Shown: positions 26,489-35,292 of the stretch, one piece after another
Layout: each line of letters begins with the position of its first letter
Position numbering within the stretch: position 1 is the first letter of the stretch
Assembly: GCA_036277675.1 (NCBI GenBank)
Contig: DASUMN010000063.1
Coordinates: forward strand, 1-35,292
Source: Nitrospira sp.
GTDB lineage: Bacteria > Nitrospirota > Nitrospiria > Nitrospirales > Nitrospiraceae
DNA length: 35,292 nucleotides
Direction of reading: 5' to 3'
Program-made: the position numbers and the translations under genes
The notes under the pieces: generated by a model
The model's database searches: none
What the model saw: the letters and a program-made list of their open reading frames with translations, nothing else
What the model was told of the DNA's origin: nothing

Positions 26489-27978
26489 CCTTTTCGCTGA
26501 CCCTGTCAGTGGCCGATCTCTTGCTGCTCCTGCCGGAGATCTTCTTGACCTGCTGGCTGTGCCTGATTTTGATCGTCGACTTTACCTTCCCCCGTATGTC
26601 CAAGGATCAGCTGGCGTTTCTCAGTGTCGGCGGCCTCGCGGGCACCTTTGCGTGTCTTGTGTGGTTCGATGTGGCTCACATCTCGGGAACGTTGTTCGCC
26701 AACATGTTCGTGCTGGACCGCATGGCCCTCTTTTTCAAGATGTTCATCGTCGCCACCACGGCCCTCGTGATCCTGGTATCGGTTCAATACGTCGATCGGT
26801 TCACGTTTTTCCGGGGCGAGTACTACGTGCTCGTCGTCATGTCGGCGCTAGGGATGATGTTCATGTCCTCAGCCAACGATCTCCTGTCGCTGTTCGTGAG
26901 CCTGGAATTTTCTACGCTCGGATTTTATGTGTTGGTGGGCTACCTTCGGGAGGATTTGGCCTCCAACGAGGCGGGACTCAAGTTCTTTATTCTCGGCGTA
27001 TTCGCCGCCGGGCTGCTCGCCTACGGCATCAGCCTCGTGTATGGCGAGACGGGCAAGCTCGTCTTTTCCGACATGCACCTCACCGCCACGTCCGGAACGA
27101 TCATTGGCTTTCTCCTGATCTTCACGGCGCTGGGATTCAAAATTGGTGCGGTGCCCTTCCACTCCTGGATTCCGGATACGTATCATGGCGCGCCAACCCC
27201 CGTGACGGCATTCTTGTCCCTCGCGCCCAAGGGCGCCGCATTGGCCATCCTCTTACGGATTTTCTTCGTCGCGCTGGCAACCTTCAAGCCGGTGTGGATT
27301 GTCCTGTTGGTCGCCGTGTCGATCTTGTCGATGACGTATGCCAACATCGTGGCGATTGCGCAACGGAACATCAAGCGTCTTCTCGCCTATTCCGGTATCG
27401 CGCAGATTGGCAACGTCCTGATTGGTCTCGCAGCCGGCACCAAGATGGGGAGCGACGCCATCTTGTTCTATCTGTTGGCCTACCTGTTCGCGAACATCGG
27501 CGCGTTTGCCGTCGTGATTGCGATCTCCCAGGCGATCGGGAGCGAGGAGATCGACGACTACCGTGGCTTGAATCGGCGGTCGCCGTTCCTGGCCTTCGCC
27601 ATGCTGCTGTTCCTGTTGTCCTTAGCCGGCGTTCCCCCGCTGGCTGGCTTTATCGGCAAGCTGTATATTTTCGTGGCGGCAATTAAAGAAGGGCTCTATA
27701 CGCTGATCACGGTGGCGCTGATCAATATCGTGATCTCGATGTACTATTATCTGGTCGTCGTGAAGAAAATGTACATCAATGAGCCGATCGACCCCTCTCC
27801 GGTCTTGATTTCCGGCCCGATGAAGGCTGTGATCTATGTCGGCTTGGCTGGGACCCTGGTGATAGGGATCTATCCTCAGCCGTTCATTGATTGGATCGTC
27901 GGCGCGACGCTCATGTTCTCGAATTTCGCAGCCCAGTCGACCATTGTGATTCCTCCCACGCCGCCGCTCGGCGGATAA
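26485..27978 (+). CDS. nuoN: NADH-quinone oxidoreductase subunit N
   Basis: SNEAGLKFF, FKIGAVPFHSWIPDTYHGAPTPV, KRLLAYSGIAQ, GVPPLAGFIGK. Confidence 0.96.
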   Translation: MTFSLTLSVADLLLLLPEIFLTCWLCLILIVDFTFPRMSKDQLAFLSVGGLAGTFACLVWFDVAHISGTLFANMFVLDRMALFFKMFIVATTALVILVSVQYVDRFTFFRGEYYVLVVMSALGMMFMSSANDLLSLFVSLEFSTLGFYVLVGYLREDLASNEAGLKFFILGVFAAGLLAYGISLVYGETGKLVFSDMHLTATSGTIIGFLLIFTALGFKIGAVPFHSWIPDTYHGAPTPVTAFLSLAPKGAALAILLRIFFVALATFKPVWIVLLVAVSILSMTYANIVAIAQRNIKRLLAYSGIAQIGNVLIGLAAGTKMGSDAILFYLLAYLFANIGAFAVVIAISQAIGSEEIDDYRGLNRRSPFLAFAMLLFLLSLAGVPPLAGFIGKLYIFVAAIKEGLYTLITVALINIVISMYYYLVVVKKMYINEPIDPSPVLISGPMKAVIYVGLAGTLVIGIYPQPFIDWIVGATLMFSNFAAQSTIVIPPTPPLGG

Positions 27979-28046
27979 TTTTCTGTTCCCGGCACGAGTT
28001 CTGCTACAATTACCCTACGAAGGTGTCGTGTGAGTGGCCTCCCACT

Positions 28047-29579
28047 ATGACCCCCAATTTCCGATCTGAGTCTTCCACGTCCATGGCCTCGGCAACAAAC
28101 GTCCCGCCGGAATTGTCTCATTCCCAGCCGCGCGAGCCCGAGTCCCTCCGTGTCAGCACACTCGCGATGCGCCGGGAACCATTTTGGCGTTCTCCCGTCT
28201 TATGGTTTCGCTCGCTGACAATTGAGCGGAGAATCTTAGCGGGTTTCGGCCTTGTGTTCGTGGGTATTCTCATTATCAGTGCAGTGTCGTACCGCAACAC
28301 CAGTCTCGTCGTGGCCAATAGCAAGCTCGACACCCGCAGCCATGAACTGGTCCGGCTCCTGGCCAATATTGACGTGACGTTGGACGAAGCAGAGAACAAT
28401 CACCGCCGATATCTGATCACCGGTGAATTGTTGTATCTGGAGGCCTACCAGCATGTCGTAGAGCAGAAGCCCAAGTTTTTGCAATATCTCGACAACCTGA
28501 CCGAAGGGTCTCCGGAGCAGCAGCAACGCATCGATCTGCTCGAGCAGTTGATAGACCGGCAACTTGCCGCCGAGGCGGGCGCCATTGATCAGTTGGCAAG
28601 CCACGGGTTCCAAGCCGTCAAGAAGATGGCGCTCGAGGGAGCCGCCAAACAGGAGCTTCGAGACATTCACCGTCTCATCGCGGAGATGGAGACCTCTGAG
28701 CAACAGGCGCTCCAACGGCGGGTCCTGGAATCGGCATCGACCACGACGGGCACTATTATTCTTCTCGGAATCGGAGCCTTGCTCCAGCTGGTGCTGTTAG
28801 CGGCAGTGTACTATTTGATCCGACACGACATTACGGAACGGCGGCGTGTCGCCGCTGAGCTCCAGCGCCGCGGCGAGCTGCTCGAAGCGGCGAATAAGGA
28901 GCTGGAATCATTTAGCTATTCGGTTTCACACGACCTCAGGGCACCGTTGCGACACATCGACGGCTATGCGTCGCTGTTGCGGAAAGCGGTCACGGATTCG
29001 CTGAACGAAAAAGCCGCCCGGTATTTGCAGACGATCTCCGATTCCGCCAAGCAGATGGGCCAATTGATCGATGATCTGTTGGTCTTCTCCCGCATGGGCC
29101 GCCAGGAAATGCTTCAGACAACGGTCAATTTGGATCAATTGGTGAAAACCGTCCTTTACGATTTACGACTTGACTTGCAAGGACGGGAGATATCCTGGAC
29201 AATTGACCAACTTCCGGAGGTGCCTGGCGATCCGGCCATGCTGCGGCAAGTGTTCATGAACCTGATCGCCAATGCCGTGAAGTTTACGAGTACGAGGCCG
29301 ATAGCCAAAATTGAGATCGGCATCGGCCAGCGGCTGCCGAGAGAAATTGTGCTCTTCGTCAGGGACAACGGCGTAGGATTTGATATGCAATATGCAGGCA
29401 AGTTGTTCGGCGTCTTCCAACGACTCCACCGGGCGGACGAATTCGAAGGCACCGGCATCGGGCTCGCAAATGTGCGCCGCATCGTGCATCGACACGGAGG
29501 ACGCACGTGGGCGGAGGGCGAACCGGACAAGGGAGCGACCTTCTATGTGGCGCTTCCGACCAGGAGGCCTCGAACATGA
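28047..29579 (+). CDS. CHASE3-type membrane sensor histidine kinase
   Basis: Two TM helices flank a helical periplasmic domain (RRYLITG..YLEAY). H-box SVSHDLRAPLRHI, then NLIANAVKF, DNGVGF, GTGIGLA. Start uncertain (28047, 28083 or 28167); TGcTACAAT at 28002-28010. Confidence 0.88.
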   Translation: MTPNFRSESSTSMASATNVPPELSHSQPREPESLRVSTLAMRREPFWRSPVLWFRSLTIERRILAGFGLVFVGILIISAVSYRNTSLVVANSKLDTRSHELVRLLANIDVTLDEAENNHRRYLITGELLYLEAYQHVVEQKPKFLQYLDNLTEGSPEQQQRIDLLEQLIDRQLAAEAGAIDQLASHGFQAVKKMALEGAAKQELRDIHRLIAEMETSEQQALQRRVLESASTTTGTIILLGIGALLQLVLLAAVYYLIRHDITERRRVAAELQRRGELLEAANKELESFSYSVSHDLRAPLRHIDGYASLLRKAVTDSLNEKAARYLQTISDSAKQMGQLIDDLLVFSRMGRQEMLQTTVNLDQLVKTVLYDLRLDLQGREISWTIDQLPEVPGDPAMLRQVFMNLIANAVKFTSTRPIAKIEIGIGQRLPREIVLFVRDNGVGFDMQYAGKLFGVFQRLHRADEFEGTGIGLANVRRIVHRHGGRTWAEGEPDKGATFYVALPTRRPRT

Positions 29580-30031
29580 CCGCCATAAAACCGATTCTAC
29601 TCGCTGAAGATAATCCCCGCGATGCCGAACTCGCCATGGCGGCGATGGAGGAACAACAGATCGCCGATAAAGTCGTGCTCTGCCACGACGGCGCGGAGGT
29701 GCTGGACTATCTCTACTGCCGAGGGGAATTCACCTCCCGCCTTAAAGGCAATCCGGCAGTAGTCTTTCTCGATCTCAAGATGCCCAAGGTCAACGGGCTG
29801 GAAGTCTTACGGGTCATCAAGTCCGATGCCACGCTCCGGCCGATTCCTGTCGTGATGCTGACGTCTTCCCGAGAAGAACGCGATCTCAGCGAGAGCTACT
29901 CATTGGGCGCCAATGCCTACGTGGTCAAACCGGTGGAATTTCACCAGTTTGTGTCCGCGGTCAAAGAACTGGGCATGTTCTGGGGCGTGATCAATGAGCC
30001 CCCCCCTGAAAGGTCCGGCTCCGGACACTAA
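29576..30031 (+). CDS. Single-domain response regulator (Rcp1-like)
   Basis: ILLAEDNPRD, FLDLKMPKVNG, MLTSS, GANAYVVKP; ATGA overlap with the kinase. Confidence 0.92.
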   Translation: MTAIKPILLAEDNPRDAELAMAAMEEQQIADKVVLCHDGAEVLDYLYCRGEFTSRLKGNPAVVFLDLKMPKVNGLEVLRVIKSDATLRPIPVVMLTSSREERDLSESYSLGANAYVVKPVEFHQFVSAVKELGMFWGVINEPPPERSGSGH

Positions 30032-30047
30032 CCACGATCGAGGTTCC

Positions 30048-31637
30048 GTGACAACTCCGTTACGAGTTCTCCATCTGGAAGACAACCCGACGGATGCCGA
30101 TCTCATCGCCACGATGCTGACGGAGGGAGGAATTCCCTGTGTCTCTCGCCGTGTCGACAGTCGTGACGCGTTTGTCAGGGCCCTTAAGGATGGCCAGACG
30201 GATCTGATCCTGGCCGACTTTTCCCTTCCCGGGTTCGACGGCATCGTCGCCCTTGAGCAGGCCAGAACTATGACTCCGGACATTCCATTCCTGTTTGTGT
30301 CGGGAACGCTTGGCGAGGAACTCGCCATTGACATGATGCAACGGGGCGCGACGGACTACATTTTGAAGCAACGGCTTGGACGCCTCGTTCCGTCGGTTCA
30401 GCGGGCACTCCGTGCATTCCAGGATCGTGTGGAGCGCACCCGAGCGGAGGCAGCACTCCGTCAAAGCGAGCTGCAACTTCGGCAGGCGCAAAAAATGGAG
30501 GCGGTCGGCCGATTGGCGGGAGGAGTGGCGCATGACTTCAATAACCTGCTGACCGTGATCATGGGCCATAGCCAGGTGTTACTGAACGAAATGGGGCCGG
30601 ACCACCCGCAGAGAAGCAAGATCGAGGAAATGCAAAAGGCCGGTGAGCGAGCAACGGCTCTGATCAGGCAATTGCTCGCGTTCAGCAGAAAACAACCGTC
30701 CGAGCCGAAAGTGTTGGACGTGAACGCCGTCCTCACCGATATCGAATCCATGATGCGCAGGCTGGTTGGGGCGGACATCGACTTGGCCTTGAAGCTAAGC
30801 CCCGAGAATCTGCGCGTGACGGTGGAGCCATCACAGCTTGAGCAAATCATCATCAACCTCGTCATCAATGCCCGAGATGCGATGCCCAATGGGGGGCAGC
30901 TCCTCATCGAAACGGGCGCATGCCATCTTGCCGGGACACCAGCCTATCATCTCAGGCCCCTGCCTCCCGGTTCCTATGTCCGGCTGTCTGTTTCGGATAC
31001 AGGCTGTGGAATGGCTCCGGAAGTGCAAGCCCACATCTTTGAGCCTTTTTTCACGACCAAGGAAGAGGGAAAAGGGACCGGACTCGGCCTCTCGACCGTT
31101 TTTGGAAACGTGACCCAGAGCGGGGGCGGATTGGATGTGACCAGCGTGATCGGCCGAGGTACCCGATTCGACGTGTATCTTCCGATTGCGACCGTGGACA
31201 CTAAAAATGGAACCAGCCCCGAGCTGATCCAGCCGCCGCTGGGCGGCCAGGAAACGATTCTGTTAGTCGAAGATGACGCCGGTGTGCGCGAACTCCTTCG
31301 TGATGAGCTCCGTAAAATGGGGTACCGGGTTTTCGAGGCCAAGCACGGACTCGAGGCCTGCCTCGTCGGCACACAGCAGATGGGAGAGCTGCAACTTCTG
31401 CTGACAGATGTGGTGATGCCGGGAATGAATGGGACGGAATTGGCTAAGCACCTTCGTGTGATCAAGCCAGGGCTGAAGCTCCTATTTATCTCAGGCTACT
31501 CCAATGATGTGGATATCGGAGCCGGTGATCCGTCCAGCGCTTATCTGCAAAAACCGTTTACGCTGGAGACGCTCGCACGGACGATTCGCGAGTTGCTGGA
31601 CAGAAAGCAGACCGGAGTGACACGACCGATACCATAG
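30048..31637 (+). CDS. Hybrid histidine kinase REC-HisKA-HATPase-REC
   Basis: N-terminal VLHLEDN receiver, GGVAHDFNNLL, NARDAM, FEPFFTTK..GTGLGL, C-terminal receiver ILLVEDD..TDVVMP..KPF. Confidence 0.92.
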   Translation: MTTPLRVLHLEDNPTDADLIATMLTEGGIPCVSRRVDSRDAFVRALKDGQTDLILADFSLPGFDGIVALEQARTMTPDIPFLFVSGTLGEELAIDMMQRGATDYILKQRLGRLVPSVQRALRAFQDRVERTRAEAALRQSELQLRQAQKMEAVGRLAGGVAHDFNNLLTVIMGHSQVLLNEMGPDHPQRSKIEEMQKAGERATALIRQLLAFSRKQPSEPKVLDVNAVLTDIESMMRRLVGADIDLALKLSPENLRVTVEPSQLEQIIINLVINARDAMPNGGQLLIETGACHLAGTPAYHLRPLPPGSYVRLSVSDTGCGMAPEVQAHIFEPFFTTKEEGKGTGLGLSTVFGNVTQSGGGLDVTSVIGRGTRFDVYLPIATVDTKNGTSPELIQPPLGGQETILLVEDDAGVRELLRDELRKMGYRVFEAKHGLEACLVGTQQMGELQLLLTDVVMPGMNGTELAKHLRVIKPGLKLLFISGYSNDVDIGAGDPSSAYLQKPFTLETLARTIRELLDRKQTGVTRPIP

Positions 31638-31731
31638 CCCAACACCGCCCGCTCTACATTCCGGTCGCCCGGCTATGCTCATGCGTCGTTCCCTCCTCCA
31701 CTCCGTACAGGCAGGGGATTCGAAAACCGCC

Positions 31732-32586
31732 ATGATTCCAACTGCGTTGAGCACTGTCGGTCGGTATGGGCTTCAAATCTGCTGGGTCGTGCTGGTATTG
31801 CTTCTTTCGCCTCATGTGAGCCGTGCCGAATCCATCCTGTGGGAACAGTTGGCGAATGGCCTTGCGGTATCGGTCTGGTTGCCGGGAAAGTCCTGCCCGG
31901 CGGTGCCAGCCCTTTTGGCCATCGACATTGATCCCGATCGTACGAGATTTGCGGTCCACCACTACGCACAAGAACGTCTCCCCCACCCCCCGACCATCGA
32001 GGAATGGCACAAGCGGTCAGGTCACGCTGTTCTCTTCAATGCCGGACTGTTCCGGGAAAACTTCGCCTATCTCGGTTTGCTGTATAAGGATGGCCAGTCG
32101 TTGGGAAGCCGCCGTCATGCCACCTGGCAAGGATTATTCGTGGCGGAGCCAGCGGTCGCCGGCTTGAAGAACGCTCGGGTGTTGGACTTGACCGTCGAGG
32201 GCTTTGATGAGCGGCGCCCCCCATATCGAGAAGTCGCGCAAGCACTGATGCTATTGGACCATCGCAGGAACATCCGTGTGCGCCAGACGGGGAAGCGTGC
32301 CTACCAAACGATTGTCGCAGAAACCGACAAGGGGCATATTCTCATCTTCAAGAGCCGGGACCTCATGACCCTTTACGACATCGGTCAATGTCTTCGGGAC
32401 ACAGTGCCATCCGTACGACAAGCCATGGCTATGGACGGAGGTTCATCATCCGATGTGCTTGTCTCGGAGTCGCTGTGGCGGGAAGATCGATACACCGAAG
32501 ATCTTGTGTCTTGGAAAACGCTATTCGGTGGAGGCAACGTCGCGCACATTCCTCTCCCGACTGTGATTGGGGTGAGCCCCCGGTGA
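31732..32586 (+). CDS. Exported phosphodiester glycosidase (NAGPA/DUF2233) family protein
   Basis: Signal-like VVLVLLLSPHVSRA, FNAGLF, AMAMDGGSSS. Start uncertain (31675-31732). Confidence 0.7.
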   Translation: MIPTALSTVGRYGLQICWVVLVLLLSPHVSRAESILWEQLANGLAVSVWLPGKSCPAVPALLAIDIDPDRTRFAVHHYAQERLPHPPTIEEWHKRSGHAVLFNAGLFRENFAYLGLLYKDGQSLGSRRHATWQGLFVAEPAVAGLKNARVLDLTVEGFDERRPPYREVAQALMLLDHRRNIRVRQTGKRAYQTIVAETDKGHILIFKSRDLMTLYDIGQCLRDTVPSVRQAMAMDGGSSSDVLVSESLWREDRYTEDLVSWKTLFGGGNVAHIPLPTVIGVSPR

Positions 32587-32649
32587 CCAAACGACGAAGG
32601 CCGCCAGCCGTCACGCGTCATTTGAGTCTGCTTCCCGCGATGTAACTGG

Positions 32650-33072
32650 CTAGCGCCGTGGTCGTTCGACCGGGAATCCGGCTTCAAGCCATGCATTCAT
32701 GCTGCCGGACACGTTGTAGACATGGCGATAGCCGAGGTCCGCAAGCGTCTCCGCAGCAATGTTGCTTCGACGACCCGATTGGCAATAGACGACAATGTGC
32801 TCGTCGAGTTGTGCGCCGATCTCTCGATGCCTGGCTTGAATCTCGCGGAAATCGATATTGAGATCCGTGCCGGGGATCACACCAGCCTGATGCTCCTCTG
32901 GGGAGCGGACATCAATGAGCACGAATCCTTTCTTGCTCGTGGAACCCGCCTTCGACAAACTCACCTGCAGTTGTTGCACCGTGAGCAAGTAGGAATGGTG
33001 GGACCGGGCCACATCGCACAGCACAAGGCCGGTCAGCAGACACCCTAGTATCGCGAGAAGTGAGAATTTCAT
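32650..33072 (-). CDS. Exported single-domain rhodanese (sulfurtransferase)
   Basis: LIDVRSPEEH, active-site VYCQSGRRS, GSMNAW; N-terminal signal peptide; GGAG RBS. Confidence 0.88.
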   Translation of the reverse strand: MKFSLLAILGCLLTGLVLCDVARSHHSYLLTVQQLQVSLSKAGSTSKKGFVLIDVRSPEEHQAGVIPGTDLNIDFREIQARHREIGAQLDEHIVVYCQSGRRSNIAAETLADLGYRHVYNVSGSMNAWLEAGFPVERPRR

Positions 33073-33128
33073 CGTCTTTTCTCCCATGGCGTATTGCAGC
33101 CGACAATGACTCTCTTCATAATAAAAGC

Positions 33129-33446
33129 ATGCGGAAGAGCTGGTCAAGCGTGGTCGCTGCGATCGCGTTCTCCACACTCATCTCCTGTGCCGACGGCGTC
33201 AAATTCGTTCAGGAGCATGAGGACGGCGGGGTGGTGGTCTATCCGTTCAGAGGGGACCAAGGTTCCCTGCTTTCATCGTTTCGACAGAATGCTCTTGCCC
33301 TCATACAAGAGAAATGTGGCAGCCGCTCATACACCATTGTCCGTGAGGGGGAAACCCAGGGACGGTCGCGGGTCGTGAGTCCGATGGAAGGGCAGGAAGA
33401 AGTCATACAGGAACGGCGGTGGGGAATTCAGTTCCAATGCCAATAG
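33129..33446 (+). CDS. Hypothetical lipoprotein
   Basis: MRKSWSSVVAAIAFSTLIS-C lipobox-like signal; two further Cys. Confidence 0.7.
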   Translation: MRKSWSSVVAAIAFSTLISCADGVKFVQEHEDGGVVVYPFRGDQGSLLSSFRQNALALIQEKCGSRSYTIVREGETQGRSRVVSPMEGQEEVIQERRWGIQFQCQ

Positions 33447-33478
33447 GCGGCTCGCCGTGGCCAACAAGGCCGCACACC

Positions 33479-34054
33479 CTATGACGTAGGCCGTTCTTTC
33501 ATCAAGTCTTCGATGGTCAATAAACTGAGCAGCGTCAAGCCCTCCTGCTCAACCTTCTGCTTGCCATCCTGCTCCTTTCGATCCACAATGACTAACGCAT
33601 GAGTGACGGCAAGTCCTGCGTTTCGGGCTGCCGCCACTGCCTTGAGCAACGAGCCCCCGCTCGTCAGAACATCATCGACGATCACCGCCTGATCTCCCGA
33701 ACGAACGACTCCTTCAATCAACTTGCCGAGGCCGTGATCTTTGGCCTGCTTCCTCACAACAAATGTCCGCCATTCTCTGCGTGGTTGAATCGAAAACGCA
33801 TAGTCCGAGATGGATGTGGCAATGGAAATCGCTCCAATCTCAAGGCCGCCGAGACAATCAACATTCACAGGTCGCAAGACGTCATAAGCCAACTGAGCCA
33901 CCAAACGTCGGGCGTCGGGATGGGCCATCAAAGAGCGGCAGTCGACGTAGAACGGGCTGGTCAGTCCCGAAGCCAGTGTAAATCCCTGAGGATCCCATCG
34001 AAATGAGTGGGTGCGGTGAAATGCCTGTGCCAGTTCCGTATGCAGGGTCGCCAT
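33479..34054 (-). CDS. pyrE: Orotate phosphoribosyltransferase
   Basis: FTLASG..SPFYVDCR, VRKQAKDHG, PRPP motif VIVDDVLTSGGS. Confidence 0.95.
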   Translation of the reverse strand: MATLHTELAQAFHRTHSFRWDPQGFTLASGLTSPFYVDCRSLMAHPDARRLVAQLAYDVLRPVNVDCLGGLEIGAISIATSISDYAFSIQPRREWRTFVVRKQAKDHGLGKLIEGVVRSGDQAVIVDDVLTSGGSLLKAVAAARNAGLAVTHALVIVDRKEQDGKQKVEQEGLTLLSLLTIEDLMKERPTS

Positions 34055-34181
34055 TGCCAGATGTTTCGTCCCAGATCACGAAAGCGACGGCATTGTACAC
34101 TGTGCGGGCATGTGTTGATAGACGTTTTCTTGGCGCTGATTTCCTGGCGCACGTGTACAGAGAGAGATCCCGCGCATGTTC

Positions 34182-34748
34182 CTATTCGTCCATCTTCACT
34201 GGGCCACGAACACACCAAACCGGGAACGTATAGATTCTGGTGAGACTCAATACATTGCCTAAGAAGGCATCCAGGTATTTCGCATAAGAAGGCTGGTTCG
34301 CCTCCGGCACGACGGTCCAATAAGAAGTCGGCTGGACATTCAAGAAGGGATGGCCCGGAGAAAGGTTTGGGCCTGGAGCATCGACTGCGGGTCCAACCAA
34401 ACTGCGCATTTCGCTCGGTGCGGGTAGCCGCCAGCCCTTTTGTCCTCCCGTATCCCTGGTCGTACAAAGGATACGGGCTTCGTTCCATGTGACTGCGGCG
34501 GCCCGTGGGGCCAGTTCCCACACAAGCCCTGTCTCCTTATCCAATACCGCATCGTTGTTGTACGTAGGCAAGATCACAAATCGCCGGTCTGCCGGGTGCG
34601 CTCGTTGCCAATTCTGAATAATCTCAGCGATGAGTTCCTCTTTTCCCGCTGACATGCCAGTTGGAGTACGGAAGAGCGCATTTCCTAGAAAGCAGAGGCC
34701 TCCTATGGCCACGAGGATTCCGGCTCCGATGATCCAGTTGGGTTTCAT
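34182..34748 (-). CDS. DUF1566 (Lcl C-terminal-like) domain protein with N-terminal TM/signal
   Basis: VLDKETGLVWE, W..A...C, GWRLP...E..SL, YWT, WCVR. Start uncertain (34748 or 34850). Confidence 0.8.
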   Translation of the reverse strand: MKPNWIIGAGILVAIGGLCFLGNALFRTPTGMSAGKEELIAEIIQNWQRAHPADRRFVILPTYNNDAVLDKETGLVWELAPRAAAVTWNEARILCTTRDTGGQKGWRLPAPSEMRSLVGPAVDAPGPNLSPGHPFLNVQPTSYWTVVPEANQPSYAKYLDAFLGNVLSLTRIYTFPVWCVRGPVKMDE

Positions 34749-35028
34749 GGCGGCACTGAGGGAATCCAACCGATGTTCTGCTCTCGAAGGAATTAGATCT
34801 TCTGGACAGTCACTGCACGATGTGTCTGGAATGTAGGAATATGAAGGCATTGTAAGAGGGTCTCGATGGGCGACGCAAGAGTCATCACGGGGCTGATCTT
34901 GATCACTACGAATGTGTAAAGTATGGGATTTACTGGACTGTTGGATGACTATAGAGGGCCAACCAGCTCTGAAGGGATGTTCAGGCTAGGTTCGGAAGGG
35001 AATCGACCGTCTTGAAAGAGCCCTAACC

Positions 35029-35057
35029 TTGCAAATGGTGGCTATCTGGAGTACATT
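35029..35057 (+). promoter_or_regulatory. Candidate sigma70 promoter of amoC
   Basis: TTGCAA(35029-35034)-N17-TACATT(35052-35057); strong RBS AAGGAGG at 35154-35160. Confidence 0.55.
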
Positions 35058-35167
35058 CAGCTTTATTGTAAGCTCAGAATGCACTGTAGGAAAAGTCCAA
35101 CTCTGTAGGGCAGGAGTTACATAACGAAACAATACCTTGGTAAGTTTTTCTACAAGGAGGATGCACT

Positions 35168-35292
35168 ATGGCAGCGTCAGATCGCGGGTATGATATTTCG
35201 CAGTGGTACGATTCCCGGCCGGTGAAGATCGGGTGGTTGGCGATGCTGGGGATCGGGGTGTTCTGGGTGCTGTACCAGCGGGCGTTCGGCTA
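35168..35292 (+). CDS. amoC: Ammonia monooxygenase subunit C, 5' part (runs off the window)
   Basis: MAASDRGYDISQWYDSRPVKIGWLAMLGIGVFWVLYQRAFG matches the remembered AmoC N-terminal pattern RGYDxSxWYDS...FWVxYQRxF; AAGGAGG lies 7 nt upstream. Confidence 0.9.
   Translation, partial: MAASDRGYDISQWYDSRPVKIGWLAMLGIGVFWVLYQRAFG

Noticed and set aside
17808-27686. Long alternative-frame and antisense ORFs within the nuo genes (e.g. 17808-19133, 23361-24572, 26559-27686)
   Set aside because: Expected by-products of GC-rich codon bias in hydrophobic genes; Arg/Gly-rich translations with no motifs.

Overview
Chromosomal window from a Nitrospira-like bacterium. It is very probably a complete ammonia oxidiser (comammox): the last 125 bp encode the N-terminus of ammonia monooxygenase subunit C (MAASDRGYDISQWYDSRPVKIGW...), which the ORF track misses because it runs off the edge. 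Left part: nagZ (partial), a decayed second copy of the pepA 3' end, pepA, queE, a HAD hydrolase, and tRNA-Leu(GAG) with a MITE-like element in its leader. These are followed by an 8-PAS soluble histidine kinase with a NarL/DosR-type regulator, a receiver protein, a PriA with degenerate ATPase motifs, and an OmpA/MotB-domain protein. Centre: an atypical '2M' complex I operon, nuoA-B-C-D-G-I-J-K-L-M-M-N, with no nuoE, nuoF or nuoH, a lengthened NuoL lateral helix, and a formate-dehydrogenase-like NuoG lacking the Mo ligand. Right part: a CHASE3 kinase / Rcp1-like regulator / hybrid kinase cassette, a NAGPA-family protein, a rhodanese, a lipoprotein, pyrE, a DUF1566-like protein and amoC. The 2M complex I and comammox amoC are known system types. 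The observations least likely to be annotated are the synonymous-divergent pepA relic, the PriA pseudohelicase, the tRNA-leader MITE, dispersed heptamer-repeat elements and a relic receiver-domain tail. All family assignments come from motif recognition by eye; no database search was run.
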